Assembly (NCBI GenBank): GCA_029038705.1
Contig: GCA_029038705.1_4346.1
DNA: 44,263 nucleotides
Reading direction: 5' to 3' (one strand)
From: a phage
Made by a program: the position numbers and the translations under genes. Positions within the stretch are counted from its first letter, which is position 1; every line of letters begins with the position of its first letter. Below the pieces are notes generated by a model, which was not told where the DNA came from, searched no databases, and was given only the letters and a program-made list of their open reading frames with translations. Positions 7,980 through 17,008 of this stretch are shown here, in pieces.

Positions 7980-8480
7980 ATGTTAGAGAAATTCTTAGTA
8001 TTGCTGGAACGTTTCGTAGTTGCACATGAACTGATTGCCGCGAACAGTGCGAAACAAGTTGTTCAGGTTGCCACGCCGCTGGAAGTAGAGACGGTATCGT
8101 ACACCAAAGAAGCGGTAGCTGAGTGCGCTGAAGAAGCAACAAAAGAAATCCCGGTTGAAGGTGAAGACGTAGTTGACACTAAACCGGCGGAGGAAGAGAA
8201 GCCAAAACGCAAGCCGCGTAAAGCTAAAGTAGAGGAACCTGCGCCAGAACCGGAAGAAGAGAAAGAAGAAGTCGATTACAAGTCTCTGCGTGACCAGATT
8301 CAGGCCATCGACGATGCAATTAATGAAGGTCCTAGCGATGCCGCGTGCGACGATTCTGATGAACTGCTGGAAGAGTTCACTGGTAAGAAAATGAAGATTG
8401 CAGCGATTAAAGACGAAGACCTGGCTGAATACCTGGAACGCTTGACAGCAATCAAGAACAAGTATTTCGAAGAAGAATAA
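7980..8480 (+). CDS. Hypothetical highly acidic protein with a short Lys/Arg-rich insert
   Basis: 166 aa; long D/E runs (EEEKPKRKPRKAKVEEPAPEPEEEKEE, DDSDELLEEF, KYFEEE). Confidence 0.55.
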   Translation: MLEKFLVLLERFVVAHELIAANSAKQVVQVATPLEVETVSYTKEAVAECAEEATKEIPVEGEDVVDTKPAEEEKPKRKPRKAKVEEPAPEPEEEKEEVDYKSLRDQIQAIDDAINEGPSDAACDDSDELLEEFTGKKMKIAAIKDEDLAEYLERLTAIKNKYFEEE

Positions 8481-8487
8481 TTATCTG

Positions 8488-8510
8488 GCGGCCTTCGGGC
8501 CGCTTTAACT
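8488..8510 (+). terminator. Rho-independent terminator
   Basis: GCGGCC-TTCG-GGCCGC followed by TTTAACT. Confidence 0.5.
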
Positions 8511-8523
8511 GAGGGTCGTAATA

Positions 8524-8739
8524 ATGAGTAACGTATACAAAGTAATAAACGAACAAATAGTTGTAGAAATAAGTGACTCATATGTGGGTTGTCAGCAATT
8601 CTTTGTTTTGAATGGTGCGTGGCGCGGGACTCTTGACTATGCCGCTGGCGAATATTGGGCGGACATGTACCCAACCGATAAAACGGCGGTACATACAATT
8701 CGTCCCGCCGTTAAAGGTGAATTTGCGCCGTACTACTGA
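8524..8739 (+). CDS. Hypothetical protein
   Basis: 71 aa ORF. Confidence 0.5.
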   Translation: MSNVYKVINEQIVVEISDSYVGCQQFFVLNGAWRGTLDYAAGEYWADMYPTDKTAVHTIRPAVKGEFAPYY

Positions 8740-8750
8740 GGGTCGGAATT

Positions 8751-8954
8751 ATGGCTATTTTAGCTAAGAAAAGTGGTCTTATGATTTCTGGCAGCGTTGT
8801 CGCTGAAAATGATTTGGTTTACGTATTTCAGGCGGTAGACAACAAACACCCTACGACGGTCAAGAAGGCCAGCAAAGTTGAGAAGGTTTTCGACGGCGAT
8901 TTTTCTATTGACGATGTTTTCACGTGGATTAATTCTGCGAGGGTAAGGAAATGA
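8751..8954 (+). CDS. Hypothetical protein
   Basis: 67 aa ORF. Confidence 0.5.
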   Translation: MAILAKKSGLMISGSVVAENDLVYVFQAVDNKHPTTVKKASKVEKVFDGDFSIDDVFTWINSARVRK

Positions 8955-9223
8955 TTTACCAACTCTACCGCGCCGTCGACAGGCGGGACAACACAGAGGC
9001 ACTATGGCTGTTGCGTGCGCCGTCCGGAGCGCACCAGATGGAAGAGATGGCTTACTTAGGCAAAGTACCGCGGCCTAAAGATATAGGCCGTCACGTGTCA
9101 CAGATTAAGCGCACGACATTCGCCAAACCAGACTTTTATGTCTTTGAGTCGATGTATGGGTGGGCTATGCACTGCGAACATAAGACGCGACATTTAATCG
9201 ACCAGTGGGAGAGCAGGGTATGA
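8951..9223 (+). CDS. Hypothetical protein
   Basis: 90 aa ORF; ATGA overlap. Confidence 0.5.
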   Translation: MIYQLYRAVDRRDNTEALWLLRAPSGAHQMEEMAYLGKVPRPKDIGRHVSQIKRTTFAKPDFYVFESMYGWAMHCEHKTRHLIDQWESRV

Positions 9224-9369
9224 CAAGGTACGCGATAATTGTAGAAATAGACGGTAAAGACCAGGAACACAGCCGCTACGCACGTTTGGACGAAGCCCAG
9301 TACATCTTCTACACATTCGGCTTCGCACGCAGTTTCACTAATGCGCGTATTGTGGAGATTGCAGAATGA
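9220..9369 (+). CDS. Hypothetical small protein
   Basis: 49 aa ORF, translationally coupled on both sides. Confidence 0.35.
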   Translation: MTRYAIIVEIDGKDQEHSRYARLDEAQYIFYTFGFARSFTNARIVEIAE

Positions 9370-9524
9370 CGAACCGTAAAGCGCGACTTCTCTTTATTAA
9401 ATGTCACCAGCCTTTTCGAGTAAGCAACTCGACTTGGCTGATTATATTCAACCGTAGCGGTGACACGTGCGCCTACAAGCGCAAAACGCGTAAAGTTAAA
9501 TGGGGTGGGAGTTTAAGAGCATGA
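9366..9524 (+). CDS. Hypothetical small protein
   Basis: 52 aa ORF, ATGA-coupled on both sides. Confidence 0.35.
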   Translation: MTNRKARLLFIKCHQPFRVSNSTWLIIFNRSGDTCAYKRKTRKVKWGGSLRA

Positions 9525-10762
9525 AACTAAAAGAACGAGGCGGCAATAATGATGTACACGCCTTACTGTCACCGTCAGGCGCTAAAAAGTGGCTGTCATG
9601 CGCTGCGTCGCTGGCGTGTGAAAAAGATATCCCTAACACGTCGGGTAAAGCCGCTGTATCAGGAACCGCCATGCACACCATAGCTGAGGTCCATCTCAAC
9701 GCCTATATACGCGGCACTGCGTTGCCGTTGGAGCGTGAAGTCGGCGCTTACGTGCTGGACGAGGGTAAAGGCCAGATTAAGGCGCTAATTAGCCAGATGA
9801 AAGGCGCGGTACTGATTACGGCTGACATGATTGAGCAGGTGCGCAAGTACACCGACTACTGCAAAGCGATTATCGACGTAGCGACTTACGCCAAGCTGGA
9901 AATGCGGGTAAATCTTACTGAGGTATTGCATCCGGGTTACGAAGGCGTTGAGACGTTCGGAACCGCTGACCTTGTTGCCGTTCAGGAACTGGCGAACACT
10001 GACGAGCATATGCTCATTATCGGCGACCTGAAAACAGGACGGCATCATGTCGAAGCGAAAGAAAACAAGCAGCTTATGCTCTACGCTCTCGGTGTTTACC
10101 GCCGACTCAAGAGACGTTATAACATATCAGTAGTGCGCCTGGTCATCTTCCAGCCGTACGCCGGGGGCGCGTCGGAGTGGGACATCTCGGTTGAAGGTCT
10201 GGAACTGTTCGCTAAGTTCGCACAGAAACGCGCACTGTTAGCCCTTGATGCGTATTTCCGAGGCAAGAAGAACCTGAAAGCGTCGGACTTTAAGCCGTCT
10301 GTCGACGGTTGTCAGTGGTGTCGGTTCTCTGAACAGTGCGCAGCGCGTACAAAGACGGTTAATTCTGTACTTGCCGAAGAACTGGAGGACGACTTTGCGC
10401 TGGAACTTACGCCGGAGCAACTCGTAGCTGAATATGAGAAGTTGCCGTTGTTGCGCCAGCACATCGATAAGGTCGAAAAAGCTATGGCTGCTGCGTTGCA
10501 TTCCGGTAAGAAAGTGCCAGGGTACAAGCTGGTGGAAGGTCGCCCAGGTAATCGTGCGTGGAAAGACGCAGAGAAAGTAGCAGAACTCTACGGCGACAAG
10601 CTGACTAAAGAAGTGCTCCTGACGCCGACCGAAGCGGTTAAAGTAATACCAGAAGAAGAACTGAAAGACTTCATCACACGTAAGCCGGGGGCGCCATGCG
10701 TCACAACAGCGGACGACAAACGTCCTGAGTGGAATCAGGTTAGTGAAGAAGATTTGGAATAA
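9521..10762 (+). CDS. PD-(D/E)XK exonuclease (RecB/Cas4-like, DUF2800-type) with C-terminal cysteine cluster
   Basis: LLSPSGAKKWLSC N-terminal motif, GTADLV...IIGDLKTG...QLMLYALG nuclease core, C-terminal CQWCRFSEQC. Start is probably the ATG at 9521 (GGGAG upstream) rather than 9500. Confidence 0.7.
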   Translation: MKLKERGGNNDVHALLSPSGAKKWLSCAASLACEKDIPNTSGKAAVSGTAMHTIAEVHLNAYIRGTALPLEREVGAYVLDEGKGQIKALISQMKGAVLITADMIEQVRKYTDYCKAIIDVATYAKLEMRVNLTEVLHPGYEGVETFGTADLVAVQELANTDEHMLIIGDLKTGRHHVEAKENKQLMLYALGVYRRLKRRYNISVVRLVIFQPYAGGASEWDISVEGLELFAKFAQKRALLALDAYFRGKKNLKASDFKPSVDGCQWCRFSEQCAARTKTVNSVLAEELEDDFALELTPEQLVAEYEKLPLLRQHIDKVEKAMAAALHSGKKVPGYKLVEGRPGNRAWKDAEKVAELYGDKLTKEVLLTPTEAVKVIPEEELKDFITRKPGAPCVTTADDKRPEWNQVSEEDLE

Positions 10763-10766
10763 AGTG

Positions 10767-10795
10767 TTGACACCTGAATAGTTAGCTATTATAGT
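10767..10795 (+). promoter_or_regulatory. Sigma70-like promoter (TTGACA-N17-TATAGT) with AATAG-N4-CTATT palindrome
   Basis: TTGACACCTGAATAGTTAGCTATTATAGT; upstream of the SSB-like gene. Confidence 0.6.
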
Positions 10796-10850
10796 TCTAA
10801 TCACTGGCCGGGCAGCTCCCGGAGTAAACTGAAAACTGAGGAATCGAGAA

Positions 10851-11477
10851 ATGGGACTGAAATTAAATCTGCGTAAAGTAAACACTGCTTGGGTTAACGT
10901 ATTCGAACGCGAAAAAGACCGTGAAAATGATGATGGTTCAATCACTAAAGGTCAGTACAGCGCGACTATTATCCTGCCGTCCGACCACGCGCAAATCGAC
11001 GCGCTCTACGACACCGTTTACGCTGTAGTTGAAGAAGCGTTAGGTGCAGCCGCCGCCGAGAAGTGGATGAAGTCCAACTACGGCGAAGGTAAGCACATGG
11101 ATAAATGTGCAATTAAAGACATTGCCGAGCGTGACAATCCGTTTGAAGACTTCCCGGAAGGCTTCTACTTCAAAGCGAAGGCACAGAAGCAGCCGCTGAT
11201 TGTAACCTCTAAAAAAGGTGAGACTCAGGTAGAACAGGACTTCAATGTAGACGGTGAACAGATTGAAGGTGAACAGGTTTACAGCGGATGCTTAGCTAAC
11301 GTAAGCGTTGAAATCTGGTTCAGCCAGAAATACAAAGTCCTCGGCGTTAACCTGCTGGCGATTAAATACGTTGGCGAAGGCAAAGCGTTCGGCGGTTCTA
11401 AAGTCGCTGCGAGCGTCAATGACCTGGAAGACGACGAAGAAGATGAAGCACCGCGCCGCGAACGTCGCCGCCGCTAA
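10851..11477 (+). CDS. Single-strand DNA-binding-like protein (DUF2815-type) with acidic C-terminal tail
   Basis: 208 aa; sits between the DUF2800-type nuclease and the DNA polymerase; C-terminus DLEDDEEDEAPRRERRRR. Confidence 0.55.
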   Translation: MGLKLNLRKVNTAWVNVFEREKDRENDDGSITKGQYSATIILPSDHAQIDALYDTVYAVVEEALGAAAAEKWMKSNYGEGKHMDKCAIKDIAERDNPFEDFPEGFYFKAKAQKQPLIVTSKKGETQVEQDFNVDGEQIEGEQVYSGCLANVSVEIWFSQKYKVLGVNLLAIKYVGEGKAFGGSKVAASVNDLEDDEEDEAPRRERRRR

Positions 11478-11496
11478 TATCTGAATCAATTTAACT

Positions 11497-11522
11497 AAGG
11501 CCCTTCATTGGGCCTTTTTACT
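11497..11522 (+). terminator. Rho-independent terminator
   Basis: AAGGCCC-TTCATT-GGGCCTT followed by TTTACT. Confidence 0.5.
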
Positions 11523-11536
11523 AGGGGTCAAAAATA

Positions 11537-13708
11537 ATGAGTTACCTGTTCTTAGACTTTGAAACATTCTCAGAAGCCGATTTGAAGAAAGTCGGTTCTT
11601 ACGCTTACGCCGAACACCCGTCAACCGAAGTGCTTATCTGTACATATGCTTTTGACGACGAACCTGTGCGGGTATGGGATTGCACCGACGGCAGCGACAT
11701 GCCGGGGGATTTACACCGCGCACTGCGCCGCCTTGTTAAGCCCAACAGCCGCATCAAGATGGTGTGGCACAACGGTGGACTTTTCGATCGCCTAATCATG
11801 AAACACTGCTGGGACTTTGATATTCCGGTAAGTAACACCATTGATACTATGATTTGGGCGTTCCGTCACGCGCTGCCGGGTTCTCTTGATGCGCTGTGCG
11901 AAGTGCTGGGCGTGTCTGCAGACAACGCGAAAGATAAACGCGGCAAGGCTCTGATTAAGCGTTTCTCTAAACCGACGCCGAAGAACTACAAAATCCGCCG
12001 CTACACCGCAGAAACTCACCCTGACGAGTGGGCGATGTTCATCAGGTACGCCGTGAGCGACATCACTGCGATGCGTGAAGTCTTCCATAAGCTGCCGCGT
12101 TGGGGTAACTCCGAGTTCGAAGACCGTGTACTGGAACTTGACCAGTTAATCAACGACCGCGGATTTAAGGTTGACGTCGCACTGGCGGAAGCCGCGATTG
12201 AAGCCGTAGAGAAGCACAAGGCACAGTTACAGGAAGAAGCTCAACGTAAATACGGCGGCTCGCTTACCGGTAAAGACTTCCTTCCGATTCTGCGTGAACT
12301 TGCGCCCGCGCACCGCATACACAATGCACAGAAGTCGACGCTTAACGACCTGTTGGCAGATGATGATTTACCGGACGACGCCCGGATGATTATCGAAATG
12401 CGCCTCGGGGCCGCGTCAACAGCGTCCACGAAATATAACCCGCTGCTGTTAGGCCGCTCGTCGGACGACCGACGCCGCGGTTGTATCCAGTACGGTGGGG
12501 CAAAGCGTACGTTACGGTTCGCGGGTAAAGGCTTCCAGCCACAGAACCTGGCGCGTGGGTACTATCACGATGATGAACTGGATAAAGGCATTTCAGCGTT
12601 ACTTAAGGGCCGGGCGCACCGCCGATTTGACGTAGCCAAGCTGACGGCATCTACCGTTCGTAGCTGCATTATACCGGAAGCTGGACATAAGTTTGTCGTC
12701 GCCGATTACTCTAACGTTGAAGGCCGGGGGCTTGCGTGGCTGGCGGGCGAAGACGATTTAATCGAAGTATTTGTAAACGGGGTTGATGTGTATAAGAAAC
12801 TAGCATCAACGGTGTTTAACGTTGCTTATGAAGCCGTAACAAAGGACCAAAGACAAATAGCCAAAGCAATGGTTCTGGGCCTCGGCTACGCGGGGGGTGT
12901 AGGGGCTTTCGTCACGTTTGCTAAAAACTTAGGTCTTGATTTGAATGACATGACTAACACTTTAGACGGTACATTCCCGGACCATATTTGGGCCGCTACC
13001 GCACGCGGATACGAATGGGCGCGTATTCAGGAAGCCAAGCGACCGCCACGTCCTGGTGAAAAAGATGACCGACCATCGTATATTCTTGATAAAAAAGTGT
13101 GGCGTACCTGTGACGCTTTAAAACGTATGTACCGAGAAGCTAATCCTGCAATAGTCCAATTCTGGCGTGACATTGAAGATGCGGCTATGGCGGCTATCCG
13201 TAATCCCGGTAAAGAGTTCACCGCAGGTCCCCGCGGCGTTAAGTTTTCGCGCAACGTAGAGACAGACAACAACGGCAACAAAGTCGCCGGTTGGTGGTTG
13301 CGCATGACGTTGCCGTCGGGCCGCGTTATGTCTTATCCAGGTGTCGGGTTAAGCGTGTCGAAAGAGACAGACGAAGATGGAAAAGTGTCTACTAACGTGC
13401 GCATCAAGTACCAGGGGGAGAACCAGTTAACCCGTCAGTGGGGCTTCCAGTACACCTACTCTGGTAAACTGGTGGAAAACTGCACTCAGGCGCTGTGCCG
13501 TGATTTGCTGGCTAACGCGCTGCTGAACGTAGAGGCAAACGGCTACCCGATTGTGCTCCATGTTCACGATGAAATTATCTGCGAGACACCGGATTTACCA
13601 GAATACAATGTCGCAGAGCTTGAGCGGTTGATGTGCGAATTACCAGAATGGGCCGAAGGGTTCCCTCTTGTAGCGGAAGGTCAGGAGTTAAAACGTTATG
13701 CTAAGTAA
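11537..13708 (+). CDS. DNA polymerase, family A, with 3'-5' exonuclease domain
   Basis: 723 aa. N-terminal LFLDFETFS (exo I), motif B-like KAMVLGLGYAGG, motif C-like VHDEIICE. Confidence 0.9.
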   Translation: MSYLFLDFETFSEADLKKVGSYAYAEHPSTEVLICTYAFDDEPVRVWDCTDGSDMPGDLHRALRRLVKPNSRIKMVWHNGGLFDRLIMKHCWDFDIPVSNTIDTMIWAFRHALPGSLDALCEVLGVSADNAKDKRGKALIKRFSKPTPKNYKIRRYTAETHPDEWAMFIRYAVSDITAMREVFHKLPRWGNSEFEDRVLELDQLINDRGFKVDVALAEAAIEAVEKHKAQLQEEAQRKYGGSLTGKDFLPILRELAPAHRIHNAQKSTLNDLLADDDLPDDARMIIEMRLGAASTASTKYNPLLLGRSSDDRRRGCIQYGGAKRTLRFAGKGFQPQNLARGYYHDDELDKGISALLKGRAHRRFDVAKLTASTVRSCIIPEAGHKFVVADYSNVEGRGLAWLAGEDDLIEVFVNGVDVYKKLASTVFNVAYEAVTKDQRQIAKAMVLGLGYAGGVGAFVTFAKNLGLDLNDMTNTLDGTFPDHIWAATARGYEWARIQEAKRPPRPGEKDDRPSYILDKKVWRTCDALKRMYREANPAIVQFWRDIEDAAMAAIRNPGKEFTAGPRGVKFSRNVETDNNGNKVAGWWLRMTLPSGRVMSYPGVGLSVSKETDEDGKVSTNVRIKYQGENQLTRQWGFQYTYSGKLVENCTQALCRDLLANALLNVEANGYPIVLHVHDEIICETPDLPEYNVAELERLMCELPEWAEGFPLVAEGQELKRYAK

Positions 13709-13829
13709 ACTGATTATCGCGTTACTGGCGGGATTCGCCGCCGGTGTCTACTGTCACGAGGGCCAATACGGAATGATGGTTGCCATATTGGGAATGTTCA
13801 TCGCAATTTATCTATGGGTGCTGGAATGA
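13698..13829 (+). CDS. Hypothetical small membrane protein
   Basis: 43 aa, almost entirely hydrophobic; overlaps the polymerase stop. Confidence 0.3.
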   Translation: MLSKLIIALLAGFAAGVYCHEGQYGMMVAILGMFIAIYLWVLE

Positions 13830-13915
13830 AAATCTACTGGTTCTATGAAGAAGACTGTCGAATCTGTCCGCGCTGCGGGATTGAGCACACGAAACGTGAG
13901 GGGTGCGTATTATGA
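13826..13915 (+). CDS. Hypothetical tiny Cys-rich protein
   Basis: 29 aa (MKIYWFYEEDCRICPRCGIEHTKREGCVL); ATGA-coupled. Confidence 0.25.
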   Translation: MKIYWFYEEDCRICPRCGIEHTKREGCVL

Positions 13916-14409
13916 AAGCACCAAGTGACGATATAAAAGATTTTCTGTCATACGACCCGGATACCGGGATATTTAAATGGGTCAAGCACAGATGCCAGAC
14001 CGCGAAACCCGGAGATGTTGTTACATACAAGGACCGTAAAGGGTACATATTGTTAGGATGGAGTAGGGTGTATTACCGCGCACACAGGCTGGCGTGGTGG
14101 TGGGTGTACGGAGAGATGCCAACTAAGCAAATAGACCATATTAACGGCATACGGGACGATAACCGGATTTGTAACCTACGGCTTGCGGATGAATTTCAAC
14201 AGAACCATAACCGCAAGACCCCAGTTACGAACACCAGCGGCGTGAAAGGGGTTAACTGGAGTAAGCCTCATAATGCTTGGTGTGCTCGAGTTGCTTTTAA
14301 AGGTACACGCTATCAGATTGGGTATTTCCAGAACCTAAATGAAGCAGAGGAATCCCTGAGAGAATTTAGGGTAAAACTGCACGGAGAGTTTTGCAACCAT
14401 GGCGACTAA
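13912..14409 (+). CDS. HNH homing endonuclease with AP2-like DNA-binding domain
   Basis: HRLAWWWVYGEMP...IDHINGIRDDNRICNLRL...NHN is the HNH motif; SGVKGVNWSKPHNAWCARVAFKGTRYQIGYF is AP2-like. Track start 13903 is GTG; ATG at 13912 has GAGGGG upstream. Confidence 0.8.
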   Translation: MKAPSDDIKDFLSYDPDTGIFKWVKHRCQTAKPGDVVTYKDRKGYILLGWSRVYYRAHRLAWWWVYGEMPTKQIDHINGIRDDNRICNLRLADEFQQNHNRKTPVTNTSGVKGVNWSKPHNAWCARVAFKGTRYQIGYFQNLNEAEESLREFRVKLHGEFCNHGD

Positions 14410-14686
14410 AGAGGGCCGCGTACAGAAATACGCAAAAGAGCAATTCGAGGCCATTGGCGGCCTCGTTCGTAAACTTTCGTACGAGGGGCGCTCCGGCGCC
14501 CCTGACCTGCTGGTAATTCTCCCCGGCGGCATCGTCTGGTTCGTCGAGGTGAAGAAAGACGAAAGCACGAAGCCTGACCCACACCAGTTACGAGAGCATG
14601 AGCGGATGCGTAAACGTGGTGCGAATGTTTTTGTCGTCGGGTCGTTCAAACAGGTTGACGACCTAATAGCGAACTATTATAGTTAG
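14399..14686 (+). CDS. VRR-NUC domain nuclease (PD-(D/E)XK)
   Basis: 95 aa; GAPDLLVILPGGIVWFVEVKKD matches the D-x(n)-E-x-K core. Confidence 0.7.
   Translation: MATKEGRVQKYAKEQFEAIGGLVRKLSYEGRSGAPDLLVILPGGIVWFVEVKKDESTKPDPHQLREHERMRKRGANVFVVGSFKQVDDLIANYYS
14655..14683 (+). promoter_or_regulatory. Sigma70-like promoter (TTGACG-N17-TATAGT) with AATAG-N4-CTATT palindrome, inside the 3' end of the VRR-NUC gene
   Basis: TTGACGACCTAATAGCGAACTATTATAGT. Confidence 0.55.
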
Positions 14687-14716
14687 CCCTACACCAACAA
14701 TATAAGGAATTGATAG

Positions 14717-14908
14717 ATGAAATACGAATATGACCGTAAACCAGCACGTGACATCGTACCTGGCGACATGATTTTCAACGTTAAGACCCGCCAGCCTGTT
14801 GCCGTTGATACGGTGTTCGTCGAGTCAAACGGTAAACTGGTTATCGAAGATGTAACAGGCAATGTTACAGCGTTCGGGCGTAAAGAGTTAGTTCTGGTGG
14901 CAAAATGA
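14717..14908 (+). CDS. Hypothetical protein
   Basis: 63 aa ORF with AAGGAA RBS. Confidence 0.5.
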   Translation: MKYEYDRKPARDIVPGDMIFNVKTRQPVAVDTVFVESNGKLVIEDVTGNVTAFGRKELVLVAK

Positions 14909-16329
14909 GTAAGTTTCAAAGGCGCGAATATCAGAAGCTCATGACTTCGTTCATGCTACAGCATCCGCGCTGTAATATCTGGTGCGGCATGGGAGGGGGC
15001 AAAACCTCCTCAACTATGTGGGTGCTTAATCGCCTGTTTCGCAACGGGCAGCTTACAGAAGATGACCGCGTGTTAATCCTCGCCCCGTTGCGTGTTGCAT
15101 CCGGTACGTGGCCCGCTGAACAAGAGAAATGGAACTTCCCCTGTCTGCGTGTCGTAGATGCTACCGGTTCAGAGAAGCGCCGCATCGCGGCGCTGGAGTC
15201 CGACGCTAACGTGGTGTGCACTAACTACGAAGTTATTGAGTGGCTGATTGACTACTATGGCAAAGATGACTGGCCTTTTACTGTTATCGTTGCCGATGAA
15301 AGCACGAAGCTTAAATCGTTTCGCAGCCGTTCTGGCGGCAGCAAGCGAGCAAAGGCGCTTAGTAAAGTGGCATTTGGCAAAGTTAAGCGTTTCATTAACC
15401 TGACTGGCACGCCGTCACCAAACGGCCTCAAGGACTTGTGGGGGCAGAACTGGTTTATCGACGCTGGCGAGCGACTCGGTTCATCGTACACAGCATTCAC
15501 CGACCGCTGGTTTAACTCGGTACAGAAAGGTAAATCGGCTATGGCGCGTGAATATCATGCGCGACCGGGTGCAGATAATGAGATTCATCAGAAGATGAAA
15601 GACATCAGCCTGACCATAGACCCTGCCGAGTGGTTTGGTTGTGAAGCGCCTGTTATCGTACCGGTGGAAATAGACCTGCCGAAGAAAGCGCGTCAGGCGT
15701 ACATAGATATGGAGGAGAAGTTATTCGCAGAACTGGAGAGCGGGGAAGTTGAAGCGGCTAACGCTGCGGCGAAGACCTCAAAGTGCTTGCAGATTGCATC
15801 TGGTGCTGTATATGTATCCGGGCCAGACGGCGAAGCAACCAAAGAATGGGAGAAAGTGCACGACACGAAACTGGATGCGCTGGCGTCCATTGTCGAGGAG
15901 TTACAGGGTGCGCCGTTACTGGTAGCCTATCAGTTCAAGCACGAACTGGAGCGCGTCCTTAAGCGATTCCCACAAGCACAGGCCTTTGCCAAAGGCGCCA
16001 GGGGTAATAAGCAGATGGAAGCATGGAACCGCGGGGAAATAGAGATTTTGTGCGTCCACCCTGCGTCCGCCGGGCATGGTTTGAATTTACAGGACGGGGG
16101 TCATCATCTGGCGTTCATCTCGCAAGGCTGGAACCTTGAGCACTATTTGCAGGTTGTTGAGCGCATAGGCCCAGTCCGCCAGAAACAGGCGGGTCACGAG
16201 CGCCCGGTGTTCCTTTATCACATCGTTGCTAAAGACACTCTGGACGAGGTTGTCGCCGCGCGTACCGACGAGAAGAAATCGGTACAGGAAGAGTTGCTTA
16301 ATTACATGAAGAGACGAGGTAAGAAATGA
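14905..16329 (+). CDS. SNF2-family DNA helicase/translocase
   Basis: 474 aa; Walker A-like GMGGGKT, DEXH-like VIVADESTKLK, C-terminal helicase domain. Confidence 0.8.
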   Translation: MSKFQRREYQKLMTSFMLQHPRCNIWCGMGGGKTSSTMWVLNRLFRNGQLTEDDRVLILAPLRVASGTWPAEQEKWNFPCLRVVDATGSEKRRIAALESDANVVCTNYEVIEWLIDYYGKDDWPFTVIVADESTKLKSFRSRSGGSKRAKALSKVAFGKVKRFINLTGTPSPNGLKDLWGQNWFIDAGERLGSSYTAFTDRWFNSVQKGKSAMAREYHARPGADNEIHQKMKDISLTIDPAEWFGCEAPVIVPVEIDLPKKARQAYIDMEEKLFAELESGEVEAANAAAKTSKCLQIASGAVYVSGPDGEATKEWEKVHDTKLDALASIVEELQGAPLLVAYQFKHELERVLKRFPQAQAFAKGARGNKQMEAWNRGEIEILCVHPASAGHGLNLQDGGHHLAFISQGWNLEHYLQVVERIGPVRQKQAGHERPVFLYHIVAKDTLDEVVAARTDEKKSVQEELLNYMKRRGKK

Positions 16330-16841
16330 TGGATTTCGAAGAGTTTCTACTTAAAGCTCATCTGCTGGCGCGTGGGTTTGACGCTGACCGTCTCCAGGTA
16401 GTCTTAGCCCCTGGAGTAGCTACGTTTTACCTGTGGGGGTTTGACGGTAGGCTTCGCGGATACCAGCATTACAAACCACATGCCGAAAAGAACTGTAAAA
16501 ACCCTAAAGACGCGCGGTACTTTACCAGAACAACAAGGCCGTGTTTATGGGGGCTTGAGTATTTGCCGGAAAGCGGGGTGGTATTTGTTACCGAAAGCAT
16601 ATTCAAAGCCGTAGCCTTGATGAATTGCGGGTTCAATGCTGTAAGCGCACTGGGGTCAAATATATCAACAGACCTACGGCAGCAAATGTCACTTTTGCCG
16701 TATGACTGGGTGTGCGCTGGCGACAATGATAAAGCTGGATTAAAGTTCAGCAAAACATTCACCAGAGGATTTGTATCTAACGACCTTGATGAACTTTGTG
16801 AAGAAGAAATAACGTATCTTGCGAGGAAATTTACCAGATGA
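16326..16841 (+). CDS. Toprim-domain protein (DnaG-type primase catalytic core-like)
   Basis: 171 aa; VVFVTESIFKAV...VCAGDNDKAG matches the Toprim E...DxD pattern. Confidence 0.6.
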   Translation: MMDFEEFLLKAHLLARGFDADRLQVVLAPGVATFYLWGFDGRLRGYQHYKPHAEKNCKNPKDARYFTRTTRPCLWGLEYLPESGVVFVTESIFKAVALMNCGFNAVSALGSNISTDLRQQMSLLPYDWVCAGDNDKAGLKFSKTFTRGFVSNDLDELCEEEITYLARKFTR

Positions 16842-16975
16842 ACATCATAGCCCCGATTCCAGCATTGCAAAAACGTATCAAGGAACTCGAAGAAGAGGTT
16901 CTACGACTACGGCAACAAAGAGACGCCGCTAATGCGCAACTGGCGTTTGTACTGGAGAAGTTATCAGAAGAGTAG
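16838..16975 (+). CDS. Hypothetical small coiled-coil protein
   Basis: 45 aa; ATGA-coupled to the Toprim gene. Confidence 0.3.
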   Translation: MNIIAPIPALQKRIKELEEEVLRLRQQRDAANAQLAFVLEKLSEE

Positions 16976-17008
16976 AGAAAAGGCCCCGTTTGGGGCCTTA
17001 GTTTTTAG
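16976..17008. terminator. Bidirectional terminator between the replication and tail modules
   Basis: AAGGCCCC-GTTT-GGGGCCTT, flanked by T-rich sequence on both strands. Confidence 0.6.

Noticed and set aside
10238-10945. 235 aa ORF antisense to the exonuclease gene
   Set aside because: Nested antisense ORF; the sense gene has clear nuclease motifs.
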